DNA from: Octopus bimaculoides
Lineage: Eukaryota
Direction: 5' to 3'
Assembly: GCF_001194135.2 (NCBI RefSeq)
Contig: NC_068989.1
Span: 39,793,636 to 39,857,635, forward strand
DNA: 64,000 nucleotides
How positions within the stretch are numbered: the first letter of the stretch is position 1; each line of letters starts with the position of its first letter. The translations under genes were made by a program, and so were the position numbers. Under the pieces are notes generated by a model. That model was not told the origin of the DNA and searched no databases. It was given only the letters and a program-made list of their open reading frames with translations. Positions 1 through 12,879 of this stretch are shown here, one piece after another.

Positions 1-30
1 ATATATATATATATACATATATATATATGC

Positions 31-240
31 TAAGCTGGCAGAATCATTAGCATGCATGCTGGATGAAATGTTTAATGGTATTTTGCCTGTTGCTGTGTTC
101 TGAGTTTCAATTCCACCAAGGTTAACTTCGCCTTTCATCCTTTCGGGGTCGATAAATTAAGTACCAGTGAAACACTGGGGTTGATGAAATCGACTAAACC
201 TCTCCCCAAAATTTCAGGACTTGTGCCTTTAGTAGAAAAG
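31..240 (+). mobile_element. tRNA-derived SINE, family A
   Basis: A-box-like AAGCTGGCAGAATCATTAG, B-box-like GAGTTTCAATTCC, central GCCTTTCATCCTTTCGGGGTCGATAAATTAAGTACCAG. The same motif order recurs more than 20 times in the window. Confidence 0.85.
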
Positions 241-2104
241 TTATGTATACACACACACACACACACTCACATACACACACACACTGTGTGATAAGAAGCA
301 CATGCATGAAACTCTTGGCCTTTGAGTCACTTTTGTAGCTTCTTGCTGATTAAATATAATAAAAATGACACACCCACACATATACATATATGAAAACTTA
401 ATAAAGTAATATTAGGAGGCAACCTGTCTGTGGCAAGTTTATTGTTTATATAGTTTGATCTCCTCCCTCTCTCTTTGTACAATCATCAATCAAATATTAT
501 TACACACATTTGTCTCTGTAGATTGTTGTTTGTTTTTCATTTCTTATTTTTATGTTTCTTATTGTAGTTGTATTCAGTTTTTCTATATATATATATATGT
601 TTATACATTGTAGTAATTTGTTTATATGATGGCCAAATATTTCCCCTCAGCCAATTTAATCTACATTAATGTTTAACTTATGGCTTGCATGGAAGCGAGT
701 ATAATTATGTTACATTACTTTCAAATTATATCTGTTATACTGTATTGGTGAAAAAACATAAACCCACAGAGATTGGAAGGCTTACATTATAAGCCAAACT
801 CATATTGCCTGGGAAGTATGTTCATACATACTTACATCATTCTGGTTAAACTATCTCAGAATTTCAAGTGATGAACAGATATGTGATTGTAGAAATCAAT
901 AACATGGTTAGTTTGGACTGTTGGGAGCATATAATAACATTAAAACTGATTCTTTCTACAATGTTAGGAATGCTTCATGTTGAACTTTATATTGCACAAG
1001 TGACAACGTATCTCATTAAACTAAGCCCTACGCTCAGGGGAGAGTTAAATTCTGCGATAAATGTTCTCCATCATCTACATTAGAAAATGTTCCTTTAAAA
1101 TAAGCAAAATACAAATACAGTTCAAAAGTGACTTTAGAATGAGACATCACAACACAAGCTAAAAACGAAATCTCTATACAGGCATTTAACCTACTAGAAA
1201 TAGCAGTCAAATCCCTCTTGAATCACACCCTATTATCTTTAAAAGAAGAAAGATACATTGGACAATGTTATTTGCTCCACTCCTCTTATTTGTTCAATGA
1301 CTCTCTCAGGATTCCTCTCCTGCCCTCTTTCCCTCGCACCTTTTGTCTACACTCACTCTTTATAATGTCAGATTGTCCTGAACTCCTTTTACATCACATC
1401 CTATCACTTTTTCAGCTCTATCACTGTCACTAATCCTTTCCCTCTTCCCTACCCTATTCCATTCCATACTCCAACATCCTCTCTTTTTACTATCCCTCCT
1501 CCCCCTGCCTAGGATCATCACCCACTCTCTTTCCTTTCTATTCTCCCTTAGTTACTGAGGTCACTTTAAGCTCTTAGTTTTGAAAGTTACAAGCCAATCA
1601 TCACCCGTACTGGTGCCATGAATAAAGCACCTTCTACACAGTAAAATGGCTGACTTTAGGTACATGGCTAGAAATTAGGGAATGAGTTGTTAGTTAATTA
1701 AATCTATCCCGGTATTTGATTGGTGATTCTGGAGGGATGAGAGGAAAAGTTGACCTCAGTGAGATTTAAACTCAGACTGTAAAGAGCCAGAACATATACC
1801 TCAAGGCATTTCCCCCAATACTGTAATAACTGAAATCCCAATGCATTATTGGAGTTTGATACAGTGTTAGAGTATTACCTTATTTGAGCCAGCTCAGTTC
1901 AGCTTTATCACTTCCTATTCCATCTAGCAAAAGACAGTCTGGAGTATATTGTAGTTTCTCTTAAAAAGTTTCTTAAAACACCAGAAATCATTTGCTTTAC
2001 CTCATTAGGCATCTTCAAATAAGTCTCCATTTTAATGAGCAAACATAACTATCATCTTCACCTGCTAAATGTTAACTATTTCCTGGGCTGGTATTTGTTG
2101 AGTT

Positions 2105-2735
2105 TCTATTGGCTAAGCTGCCACTAGCTGAGTTGATATAAGCTGAGCTACTACTGACTGAGTTACTACTGATTGAGCACCTACAAAATGAGCTACTAAT
2201 GACTGTTGCTGCTGCTTGATTGCTACTGTTGTTGCTTCATGCTCTTGCTTGATGGGGCTTAGGTCATCCCGTGTTAATGGCCCCAGAGATGACATCATGT
2301 GTAGAGACAACCAGGTGCACCAGTGCTCTCCATTGCTAGTGGTCCTGTGCCAGCCTCTCTGCATCATCCAAGGTGATGTTGAGCCTCTGGAGATCTTCCT
2401 TAATCACATCCAGCCATCTGGTGTGGAGCCTGCCACAAAGCCACTTCCACCCTACAGCTGCTACATTGAATGAGAGTAAAGCTCTTGTAGGAGGATGATC
2501 TAGTAGGAGACGAAAGACATGCTTGTTCCAGCACAAGAAGAAGAAAGAACAACTACTGACTGAGCTATTAGTAACTGAGCCATTATTAACTGAACTGTTA
2601 CTGACTGAGCTACTATTAACTGAGCTGTTACTGTTTGGGCAGTCATTGGCTGAGCAGCTATTGACAGATGTTACTGACTAAGCTGTTACTAACAGAGCTG
2701 CTACAGGTTGAGTTACTCTTGGCTGAGCTGCCAAA
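2105..2735. repeat. Degenerate ~15-bp tandem repeat (CTACTGACTGAGCTA-like), interrupted by an RTE fragment
   Basis: Recurrent ACTGACTGAGC / AACTGAGC units at 2113-2200 and 2551-2735. Confidence 0.6.
2203..2535 (-). mobile_element. 5'-truncated RTE-clade LINE 3' end (decayed)
   Basis: Minus ORF 2336-2536 HVFRLLLDHPPTRALLSF...GRLHTRWLDVIKEDLQRLNITLDDAERLAQD matches the RTE C-terminal GHVxR...GRPRxRWxDxVxxDL pattern; short (GCA/ACA)n tail. Confidence 0.75.
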
Positions 2736-2750
2736 ATGTGAAACTATGAC

Positions 2751-4073
2751 AGTGAGCTGGCAGAATCATTAGAACATTGGAAGGAATACTTAGTAGCATT
2801 TCTTCCAGTTCTTTACATTCTGAGTTCTAATATCACCAAAGTCATCTTTGCCTTTCATCTTTCTAGGATCAATAAAATAAAGTACCAGTCAAGTATTGGG
2901 ATTGATGAGATTGAATAAGGACCCCCATCTTTAAAACTGCTGCCTTTGTGCCGAAATTTGGAACAGTTATATTATTGTTGTGACAAGCTGGCAGAATCAT
3001 TAGTGTTGGACAAAATGCTTGGCAGCTTTTCTTCTTGTTCTTTATTATGTTATCTGTTTGAATATTGCCATGGTTGACTCTGCCTTTCATCTTTCGAGAG
3101 CTGATAAAATAATGTACTCATCAAGTAGAGGGGTCAATAACATCATGTACACTTTCCTGTCAAGAATTACTGGCCTTATGCCAGTAAATCCAATGGAAGT
3201 GCCAGTTGAACTTTGGGTTAATGTAATCAATTTACCCATCCACTGAGATTACTGGCCTTGTGTCAAAATTTGAAACTGTTATTATTGTTATTATCAAGGT
3301 GGCGAGGCTGAATTGTTAGCGTGCCGGGTGAAATGCTTAGCAGTATTTTGTCTGCCACTACATTCTGATTTCAAATTCTGCTGAGGTTGGCTTTGCTTTT
3401 TATCCTTTTGGGGTCGATAAATTAAGTATCAGTGAAACACTGTGGTCAATGTGATCAACTAGCCTGCTTCCCCAATTTCAGGCCCCTTATGCCTATAGTA
3501 GAAAGGATTNNNNNNNNNNNNNNNNNNNNNNNNNNNNNNNNNNNNNNNNNNNNNNNNNNNNNNNNNNNNNNNNNNNNNNNNNNNNNNNNNNNNNNNNNNN
3601 NNNNNNNNNNNNNNNNNNNNNNNNNCTCCTCCTCCTGCCTCCTCCTCCTCCCCCTCCTCCTCCTCATCCTCCTCATCATCATCATCATCATCATCATCAA
3701 TGTGTTGAGCTGGCAGAACCATTACCATACTGGGCAAAATACTGAACAGCATTTCCTCTGTCCTTATGTTCTGAGTTCAAATTCCACCTAGATTGACTTT
3801 GCCTGTCATCCTTTCGAGGTCGATGGAATAAGTACCAGTTATACACTGGAGTCAATGTAATCAACTCATTCCTTCAACACCTGACCATGCTGGTCTTGTG
3901 CCAAAATTTGAAATCATTATTATTATTATTATTATGAGTTCAAATTCTGCTGAGGTTGACTTTTCCTTTCATCCTTTCGGAGTCGATAAAATAAAACCAG
4001 TTGAACACTGGGGTCGATTTGATCGACTCATCCCCTCCCCACAAATTGCTCCCCTTATGGCAAAATTTGAAGC

Positions 4074-4121
<48 letters not shown>

Positions 4122-5349
4122 GGTGGTGAGCTGACAGAATGTTTAACATGCTGGGCAAAATGCTTAGCACTATTTTGTCTGTCCTTATGTTCTGAGTTCA
4201 TATTCCGTCAAGATTGACTTTACTTTTCATCCTTTTGGGTCAATGAGATAAGTATCAGTTATGCACTGGAATTGATGTTGTCAACTACCCCCTCCCCCGA
4301 TGTTTCAGGCCTTGTACCTATAGTAGAAACATTAGCACAAAGACATTTTGTCTGTTCTGAGTTCAGATTCTGCCGAGGTCAGTTTTACCTTTGAATCTTA
4401 CAGGGTCAATGAAATAAGTACCAGCTGAATGCTGAGGTCGATGTAATTTACTAACCCCTCTCCAAAAATTTCAAGCCTTGTTATCATTATCAAGACAACA
4501 AGCGGGCAGTTAGTGGATTAAGCAAATTGCTTTGGGAGATTTCTTTTGGCTCTTTATTTTCTGAGTTCAATTTTCACTGAAGTTAACTTTGACTTGCATT
4601 CTTCTGAGGGTTAATTAAAATAAAGTACCAGTAAAGTACTGGGGAAGTTGTAATTGACTTGCTCCCCCTGCTAAAATTGTTCACCTTGTGCAAAAATTTG
4701 AAGGAATTATTATAATTATCACAGAATTGTTAGCACACTGGGCCAAACGCTTAATGGCTTTTCATTTGTCATTATGTTCTAAGTTCAAATTCCACCAAGG
4801 TCAACTTTGCCTTTCATCTCTTTTGGGGTTGATAAAATAAGTAGCAGTAGAGCACTGGTGTTGATGTAATCAACTTACCCCTCCTCCGAAAATGCTGGCC
4901 TTGTGCCAAAATTTGAAACCATTATTAATAGTAATAGTGAAGGCAGCAAGCTGGCAGAAACGTTAGCACACTGGACAAAATACTTAGCAGTATTTTGTCC
5001 TTCCTGATGTTCTGAGTTCAAATTCCACCAAGATTGACTTTGCCATTCATCTTTTCTAGTTGGTAAAATAAGTACCAGATGAGCACTAGGGTCAATTTAA
5101 TCGACTTAGCCCCTTGTGCCTATAGTAGAAAGGATTATTAATAGTAATAGTATGGCAGTGAGCTAGCAGAATTGTTAGCATACTGGCCAAAATGCTTTGT
5201 GGCTTCACGTTCTGAGTTCAAATTCTGTCACAGTCTACTTTGCCTTTCATCCCTTTCAGGGTCGATAAAATAAGTACCATTTGGCTACTGGGGTTGATCT
5301 TATCATCTTACTACTTTGGCATTGCTGCTTTATGCCAAAATTTGAAATC
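2751..5349 (+). mobile_element. Head-to-tail array of ~11 family-A SINE copies
   Basis: Central GCCTTTCATC-type core counted 11 times (~2850, 3082, 3396, 3801, 3963, 4222, 4385, 4590, 4810, 5042, 5243), all + strand, mostly separated by (ATT)n. One N gap at 3510-3625. Confidence 0.85.
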
Positions 5350-5689
5350 ATTATTATTATTAGTAGTAGTAATCCTGATAGTGAAAGTGGTGGCAGCAGC
5401 AGTGGCGGTAGTAGTAGTAGTAGTAGTAGTTGCAGAGATCAATCTTCACTACTTGTGTCGTATGTCTTCTATTAGCACTGTCCACTTCTTTTCATGACTG
5501 ACATCCTCTGTGCACACCGCATGTCCATACCAGTGGCATAATTGTTTTTATTAATTTTTATCTTTTTTCTTTTTGCATCTGATTTCTCTTCTATCCAATT
5601 TATTCTTTGACATTTATTTCCATTCACTTTGCACATCCATTGCAGCGTGTTCATCTTTCTTATTTTCAGCCTACACATATCTTTTGTGA

Positions 5690-5950
<261 letters not shown>

Positions 5951-6204
5951 CAAGTATGTGTATGTATTGATTTAATCAATCACATCTACTTCAAAATATG
6001 TGATCTTGTGCCAGTGTAAGAAATTAATATAAATGTCATTTTGAACAGTAAATAGGAAGTATTGAATTGCTTTCCATTGTTATTTTTAATATCTCAAGAC
6101 CCCGTAATTTATTATTGAATTAGAATGTCATAAGTGTATCCACAGTCAATGTTTTACCTTAATCAATCTATGTATGTACTGAGGCTTGCAATATGACTGT
6201 GATT

Positions 6205-6382
6205 ATAGCATGCTGGGCAAAATTCTTTGCGGCATTTCATCCATCTTTACATTCTGAGTTCAAATTTTGTTGAGGTCCTTTTTGCTTGAGGTTGATAAAA
6301 TGAGTACCAGTTGAGTACTGGGATCGATATAATCGACTTAACTCCTCCCCAAAATTGCTGGTCTTGTACCAACATTTGAAAC
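6205..6382 (+). mobile_element. Family-A SINE (head eroded)
   Basis: CTGAGTTCAAATTTTG...GATAAAATGAGTACCAGTTGAGTACTGGG...TGTACCAACATTTGAAAC. Confidence 0.8.
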
Positions 6383-7137
6383 AAATACGATTGTGATTAT
6401 AGCTAGGATATGAACAAGAATCAAAAAGCAACATTAAAAACGTTCTTTTGTTGCTTGCAGTTCAAAGATATAAATTATAACTAAATGTATCAAGAATTTT
6501 AAATTATCTCCCACCATTTAATGGAATACAATGTGGTTAAGAAAACAGATATATAAAATAAACAATAACAATTGTATTAGTTGATGGTTTTAGCATTGTT
6601 GCTTATATGTGGTAGACTTAAATTTGTGTAAAGTCGGCCTGTTTACTTCGTTCATTTTGTTCTGACAGTTCTGCTTTTTGTATGAAATAATACTGAAGAA
6701 ATATCAAAGTGGGAAATGCGATAATTGTTGTTCTGATCTATATGCGAATGCAAAGTTTTTCTGTGATGTAGACTATACAATTCATTTACTTTATTTACGT
6801 CTGATCCTCTGTTACATCTGTTAGATATTAGATGTTATTCTGCAAGTGAGACAGGATACATACTCTGTCTCTCTCTTGTTCTGAGATAGCTGCTTGCTAA
6901 AAATCATCTGCCACTTGAAAGAGAGTGATTTTGTCAGTATGGACTTGTGATATTTACATATAAAGAATATCGTGTGGAAAAGTATTGTTCATGTCAGCAG
7001 GTGCCACTTAGTTTGAAGATAGAAGTATGCTGATGACTGAATGTTGATGTAGCCACTTATATTTCAAACTGTACATGAATAGAAAGAGAACTTTTGACTC
7101 TTTTAAATAATATGAGATTAAACATGGAATTTTTTAA

Positions 7138-7350
7138 CACTTTAACAATCAGATTCCTTTGTCAAATATAATGCTTATTTGTTCACATTGTTTTTTTAAA
7201 TTTATCTTTCATTATCTCGTAGCTTCAAGATTTTGATCATGTGATTGGTGATTGTGTATTTTTAGAATGACATTGTTGGGTAGGTGTGAGAGGTCAGATC
7301 TGTCTGGCAGAATATTTGGGCTGGATGTGGCTGTTTTAAATGCTGAAGGA
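7138..7350. mobile_element. piggyBac-type MITE (family P1), decayed
   Basis: TTAA at 7134-7137, decayed CCCTTTAGCATT...AATGCTAAAGGG-type ends; internal sequence homologous to 39713-39878. Confidence 0.6.
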
Positions 7351-7524
7351 TAAAACGAACCTAATTCAATTATTACTTCAGCAATTACTGGGCATCCAAT
7401 TTCAGTATTCATGGTTTGAAAAATTGCCTTCTCAGCTTATTCTTGACCATATCTTTAAATGATATGATTATTCACACATCTATCACAGAGGAACTGGGGA
7501 TGTTATAATCAAATATTTAATAAA

Positions 7525-7739
7525 CCTTTCTACTAAAGGCACAAGGCCTGAAATTTGTGGGGAGGGAACTAGTCAATTACATTGACCCCAGTGTTTCACT
7601 GGTAGTTAATTTATTGACCCCAGAAGGATGAAAGGCAAAGGTGACTTTGGCAGAATTTGAATTCAGAACATGAAGACAGATGAAATACTGCTAAGCATTT
7701 TCACCTGGCATGCTAACAATTCTGCCAGCTCCCCACCTT
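7525..7739 (-). mobile_element. Family-A SINE, full length
   Basis: Reverse complement of family A (GGATGAAAGGCAAAG core; TTCTGCCAGCTCCCCACCTT head). Confidence 0.85.
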
Positions 7740-7741
7740 TA

Positions 7742-8019
7742 CCCATTACCTACCAGTGATCTCATATGAGATCACTTAAAAATTACAAATTTTGTAATTA
7801 TCTGTCAATATTTACACATATCTAACCTTTTTGCTATATCTACTAGGTATATTTCTCTGATATACAAATGAGGTTTGCTAATTTTTCACCCAATATCTCG
7901 CTTATTTCTATTTAAAATGTTATTTTGATCATTCCAGCGTGTTTCTAAGGCTGTTTTATACTAGAAATCAAAGTTTCATAAAAAAAAGTCCAGTTAATAG
8001 AATTATGGGAGGTAATGGG
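7742..8019. mobile_element. piggyBac-type MITE (family P2) with internal palindromes
   Basis: TIRs CCCATTACCTACC (7742-7754) and GGGAGGTAATGGG (8007-8019); TTAA at 8020-8023 and TTTA at 7738-7741. Confidence 0.6.
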
Positions 8020-8199
8020 TTAATCAAATATTTAATAATGCCACAAAAACGAATATCACTCAATTTAAGAACACTAAAATCATACAATGGCTTTTTTCAT
8101 AACAAAAGGGAATAAGAGCATTAAAGATCAAAAATAAAATTACATGGTATTAATATTTGGATACAAGAATTTTACAAAATCACATCAATGAAGACTGAA

Positions 8200-8565
8200 T
8201 CTATAAGTATTTTGGAGTTTTTTCTAATTTTTTGCTAAGTAATCACTCGATTTCTTGGAATTTCTTTCTTCAATACCCTTGTTGACCCATCTCCACGTCA
8301 TTTCTATAATTGTTAAATCCGAGGATTGCTGCAACAAATTTTCTTGCTTTTGATAAATTCCTTGACTTTTCCTGCAGTATGTTTTTTGGGTTGGTGTACT
8401 GCATCTGATGGAATGCAACTGCATGCCTTTTGTAGGCATGCAGCCCCAAACCATAGCATTGTAACTACTATTCTTGACTATTGGATTCATGAACTTATGG
8501 TGAAAATCTTTTCCTGTACAAAGCTGGATGTTCACTTTACAAGGCTCAAGTGAGGCTTGCAATTG
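8200..8565 (-). mobile_element. Tc1-like transposase remnant
   Basis: Minus ORF contains PIVKNSSYNAMVWGCM (cf. TVKHGGGSVMVWGCM) and QQSSDLTIIEMTW (cf. PQSPDLNPIENLW). Confidence 0.7.
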
Positions 8566-8639
8566 AGTGCTACTCCCACGTTACCCAGAGTAAGCTTTTA
8601 CATTTTACCCATCTCATCAAATCTTAATATGATATAACT

Positions 8640-8850
8640 AATCATCATCATCGTCATTTATAACATTCATTCTCCATCCTGGCATAGACTGGACAGTTTT
8701 TGCAAGTTGGAAGACTGTCATATTCCAATGTCTGTTTTGGCATTGTCTCTAGCTGGATGACTCTCACAATTCCAACTGAGTGTACTGGATGCTTTCTTCA
8801 TAGCACCATCACTAGTGAGATTTGCTTCCAACATGCAAGATTAAAGGGCC
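8640..8850 (-). mobile_element. RTE-type 3' tail fragment with (GAT)n end
   Basis: (CAT)n followed by decayed ...CTAGCTGGATG... motif shared with 46935-47560 and 49830-50100. Confidence 0.6.
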
Positions 8851-9282
8851 TTAATGGCCCCTATAACCAAAGGAGAAAATGAGAGAAAGAGCGAGAAGAT
8901 AGAGTAAGAGAGAGAAAGAGGGAGAGAGGCAGAGAGAAAATGAGAGAGAGTTATGATTTAGGTGAGGTGATGAGAGTTATCGATAGTTTTTCTTGATCAA
9001 ATAGCATATAATAACTAATGTTAAAATTAAAATACTTTTCCTCATAATGTTCTGAAATTTACTGACTCTCATTTTTGTGGTTTTATTAATGTTGTCAATA
9101 ATTGCATTGTGCTAATTAAAATATTTGTGTTTCAACTTACATAACTTAATGGTAAAATAGTCTCTTACTAGTCTTATAGCTATTTACCCTTGAACTGTGA
9201 AATTAAATTTCATGTTTATTCCATTAGTGATGTTCAATATCTACCAAAAGCTAGATGTGTCAATAAACTTGACATCTTTTTG

Positions 9283-9645
9283 TCTTTTACTTGTTTCAGT
9301 CATTTGACTGCAGCCATGCTGGGGCACTGCCTTGAAAGGTTTAAGTTGAACAAAACAACTCCAGGTCTCATTAGAATTTTTTTTTAATGCTCAGCACCTA
9401 TTCTATTAGTCTCCTTTGCTGAAGCGCTAAGTTATAGAGATACAAACTCACCAAAATACACACACACATAATACATAACTACATACATACATACATATGA
9501 TATGATTCATTCAGTTTCTCTCTACCAAACCCACTCACAAGATTTTGGTCAGCCTAAGGGTATAGTAGAAGACACTTGCTCACGGTGCCTCACAGTGGGA
9601 CTGAACTGGAACCATGTGGTTGGGAAGCAATTCAAACATGACAGT
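9283..9645 (-). mobile_element. tRNA-derived SINE, family B (CORE-like body)
   Basis: Reverse complement of the family tail GCATGGCTGCAGTCAAATGACTGAAACAAGTAAAAGA and head TTGCTTCCCAACCACATGGTTCCAGTTCAGTCCCACTG. Confidence 0.8.
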
Positions 9646-9847
9646 CCTCAACAAAAGATAGATTGGCACATAAAACTGCTTTCCACAGTGAAGGGTAATG
9701 AAATTTTGAGTGGATATATTTAATTTTCATAGTAAAAAGGTTGAATAAATGAAAGCCACGTTTAATTATCATTATGCTATTGTCTTTAAATTAGGTGTTG
9801 TTTCTGTACATTTGAAATCACAGGACTAAGGCAAATACAAAAAGATG

Positions 9848-9999
9848 TTGTTTATAATGAACAAATATAAAAAAAAGTTATTTACAATGAACAAATATAA
9901 AAAGAAGTTATTTATAATGAACAAATATAAAAAGAAGTTATTTATAATGAACAAATATAAAAAGAAGTTATTTATAATGAACAAACATAAAAAGAAGTT
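9848..9999. repeat. 30-bp minisatellite, 5 copies
   Basis: Unit TTATTTATAATGAACAAATATAAAAAGAAG repeated at a 30-bp period with few substitutions. Confidence 0.95.
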
Positions 10000-10103
10000 G
10001 AATTTATTGAATACAGTGCTCAGGTGCTTTACAACTCATCAGAAAATGTAACCAAAACTGTATGAACAGTACACAGAATATGCACAGGAAGATTTTGGAT
10101 GTA

Positions 10104-11009
10104 TGAGGTGGTATCAAAAGGTTCCTGGACTAGTTATGTTCAATAAAAAATAACTTATTAACTTAAGTTTTTAACATCATCTCATTTGAAATATTCACCC
10201 TGCATAGTAATACACTGGTCCCACCATTCTTGTCACTTTTGGAATCTGATCTGGAAGTTGTTTTCTGTAAGTGTGTTGAGAACCTTGAGCGATTCGCTCT
10301 TGATCTTGACAAGGGTATTAAAACAGTAACCTTTGAGCTGCATTTTCATCTTGGGGAAGAGATGGAAGTCCACAGGTGCTAAATCTGTTGAATAGGGCAG
10401 GTGCAGAAGTGACACCCTGTTGTTTCTGGTGAGAAACTCACAAGTCAGGAGAGCTCAGTGACTGGATGCATTGTCATCATGAAGAATCCAGTTCTCTGCA
10501 TTCTACAGATCCAGTCACTTTCACTGAATGTCCTCCTTCAAATGTTTCAAAACATTGCAGTAGGGCTCTTGATTGACGACCTGGCCCTGGGGGATGAATT
10601 CTCGATGCGCAATACTGCAAATTTAGAAAAAAAAAAAAAAATGACAAACATGCTCTTGATTGAGCTACTACTCGGTCATGCCTTTTAAAGTGCCTGTGCT
10701 ACTCAAAACATTACGTACAACCCGTTGCCTTGTTGCCATAAGCTTACTGAAGCATGCTGAATGTCTCTGTAGTAGACTCCCCAAGTTTAATGCAAAATTT
10801 CACGTTGGCTCTTTGTTCCAACTTCCTGTCCATGACAAAAATCACAGGCTATAACATATGCATGATCACAAAAACACAACTTTCACAACTTGTGAAGTAA
10901 ACACAGTGATGTCCCCTAGCACACTGCTTCATGAAGGTGACTGCTAGGTCATACTGCCATTTGCTGACACATTACAGAACTAGTCTGGGAACTTTTTGAT
11001 ACTATCTTA
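10104..11009 (-). mobile_element. Internally deleted mariner element (906 bp)
   Basis: TA at 10102-10103 and 11010-11011; TIRs TGAGGTGGTATCAAAAGGTTCCTGGACTAG / CTAGTCTGGGAACTTTTTGATACTATCTTA; minus ORF HLPYSTDLAPVDFHLFPKMK (YSPDLAP motif) and a HHDNA-type motif near 10470. Confidence 0.9.
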
Positions 11010-11348
11010 TAGCATCTAATAAAGGAAATGACCAGCTAAGATAAGGGGCAATATTTTACATGACAGACTAATAGTAACTCATGCTGACAGGGGAAAACAG
11101 ATATTATAACATTGATGATGATTATGATAATGCCAATACCAATACTAACACTACTGTGCCTGACACCACTGCCATTGATGGTAGTGGTAGGGATGATTGA
11201 TGGGAGAGGTAGGAAGGTAGTTGAATCCTGATTGTCTTAACTTAGTTTTATATCATGTTATCTCAAAAATGTGACATAGAATTTGTATTCTGAATCAAAA
11301 TGGAGCCACTACATGTTCTCCCAATCTGCTAAAAAGGCTGAGTAATTT

Positions 11349-11500
11349 ATGGCTGTGTGGTAAGAAGCTTGCTTCCCAACCACATGGTTTCAGATTCAGT
11401 CACACAGCATGGTGACTTGGGCAAGTGTTTTCTACTATAGCCTCAATCTGACCAAAGCCTTGGTAGATGGAAACTGAAAGAAGCTCGTCCTATATATATG

Positions 11501-11547
<47 letters not shown>

Positions 11548-11869
11548 NNNNNNNNNNNNNNNNNNNNNNNNNNNNNNNNNNNNNNNNNNNNNNNNNNNNN
11601 NNNNNNNNNNNNNNNNNNNNNNNNNNNNNNNNNNNNNNNNNNNNNNNNNNNNNNNNTTTCTTGTATTTGGTGCTCCATTCTCCACATAAATATAATTATA
11701 AACTACGGTTTAAGCAATAAATTACCTGCCTCTGGATGCCCTCTTCCCAAGACGGTACCCATACAGGTGATCCCCAGGAGTGCCTCCGGATTTAAACATC
11801 CCCTGGTTGCTTGGATGCTTCAGACTACCCCTGAAGGATCGAGGCAAGCCTATCACTTACCTATATATG

Positions 11870-11929
<60 letters not shown>

Positions 11930-12157
11930 TATGTACGTACGTATGTATGTATGTATGTATGTATATGTATGTATATATCTATGTGTGTGTCTGTGTTTGT
12001 CCCATCGCTATCACTTGACAACTGATGCTGGTGTATTTGTGTCCCCATAACTAAGCAATTCTCCAAAAGAGAGAGATAGAATAAATACTTGACTTACAAC
12101 GAATAAATCCTGGGGTCAATCTCTTCGACTAAGACTCTCTAAAGTGGTGCTCCAGCC
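11349..12157 (+). mobile_element. Family-B SINE split by microsatellites, a gap and an unrelated ~200-bp insert
   Basis: Head GGCTGTGTGGTAAGAAGCTTGCTTCCCAACCACATGG at 11351; tail TCCCCATAACTAAGC...AAAGTGGTGCTCCAGC at 12040-12157. Confidence 0.75.
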
Positions 12158-12839
12158 TTTGATCATCAATCTGATGAATCAAGCTTGACACAGTAGTAAG
12201 CAACAATGTAACTTTTATTTTTAGAAACAAAAAGTAAAGAAAGAAAAATGTTCTCAAATTAATTACAACTCCAGAACTTTGGAACTCCTTAAGTTTAGCT
12301 GGATTCTGTGTGCATGCATAAAGTGTATTGTAATATATAGTATTTTATTTGTTAAATTAAAATTATGATAGCCATTTTCAAATGTTAGAAGCTTAAGTTA
12401 ACTGAGAAAAGAGATAATAAAACTGAAGATACATAAGAAGATATAACTTGACTAGATAAATGTAAGAAGTAAAAAGCAATAAAAATCAGAAATCCTTGAC
12501 AAATTTGCTGATGAAGTTTTCTGGAGGAAACTAAATATATGAACATATAAAGCTGTTTCATTGTAATTTCATGGAAGGAAATGTTGAAGCCTGGATTTAT
12601 CTGTCGATGTGAAGAGAGAATGCAAATAAAGTCATCCAATTTGTTTGATTAGTTTCATTAAAATCATGAAGCAATATCTTATTGCTTAATGTTTAAAGCT
12701 GCCACTAGTGCACCATGAAAGTCCTGTTTGGAATTGTAATACTGACAGAGGTTTAAACAATGGCTTTTACACTGTACTAATAAAACATATTGTAAGTGCT
12801 AGAAACTGAAGTTTCTACACACACACACACACACACATG

Positions 12840-12879
<40 letters not shown>

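Noticed and set aside
836-1100. ORF 868-1083 and a possible minus-strand terminal exon (GTFSNVDDGEHLSQNLTLP*)
   Set aside because: No recognisable homology and no compatible partner exon.
2751-5349. Repeat-spacer appearance suggestive of a CRISPR array
   Set aside because: Units are ~200-bp diverged SINEs separated by microsatellites in eukaryotic DNA; no cas genes.
7223-7420. Apparent exon LQDFDHVIGDCVFLE* and minus ORF 7212-7412
   Set aside because: Lies within a piggyBac-type MITE that has a second copy at 39713-39878.
11657-11860. Insert with CCCCTGAAGGA, possibly a hammerhead half
   Set aside because: No GAAA half or helices found.
12500-12540. CTGATGA...GAAAC spacing like a hammerhead
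   Set aside because: Helices I and II cannot form; chance match in AT-rich DNA.
12638-12760. ATSAP peptide resembling a hAT dimerisation domain
   Set aside because: Only five residues match amid several stops; cannot be supported without a profile search.
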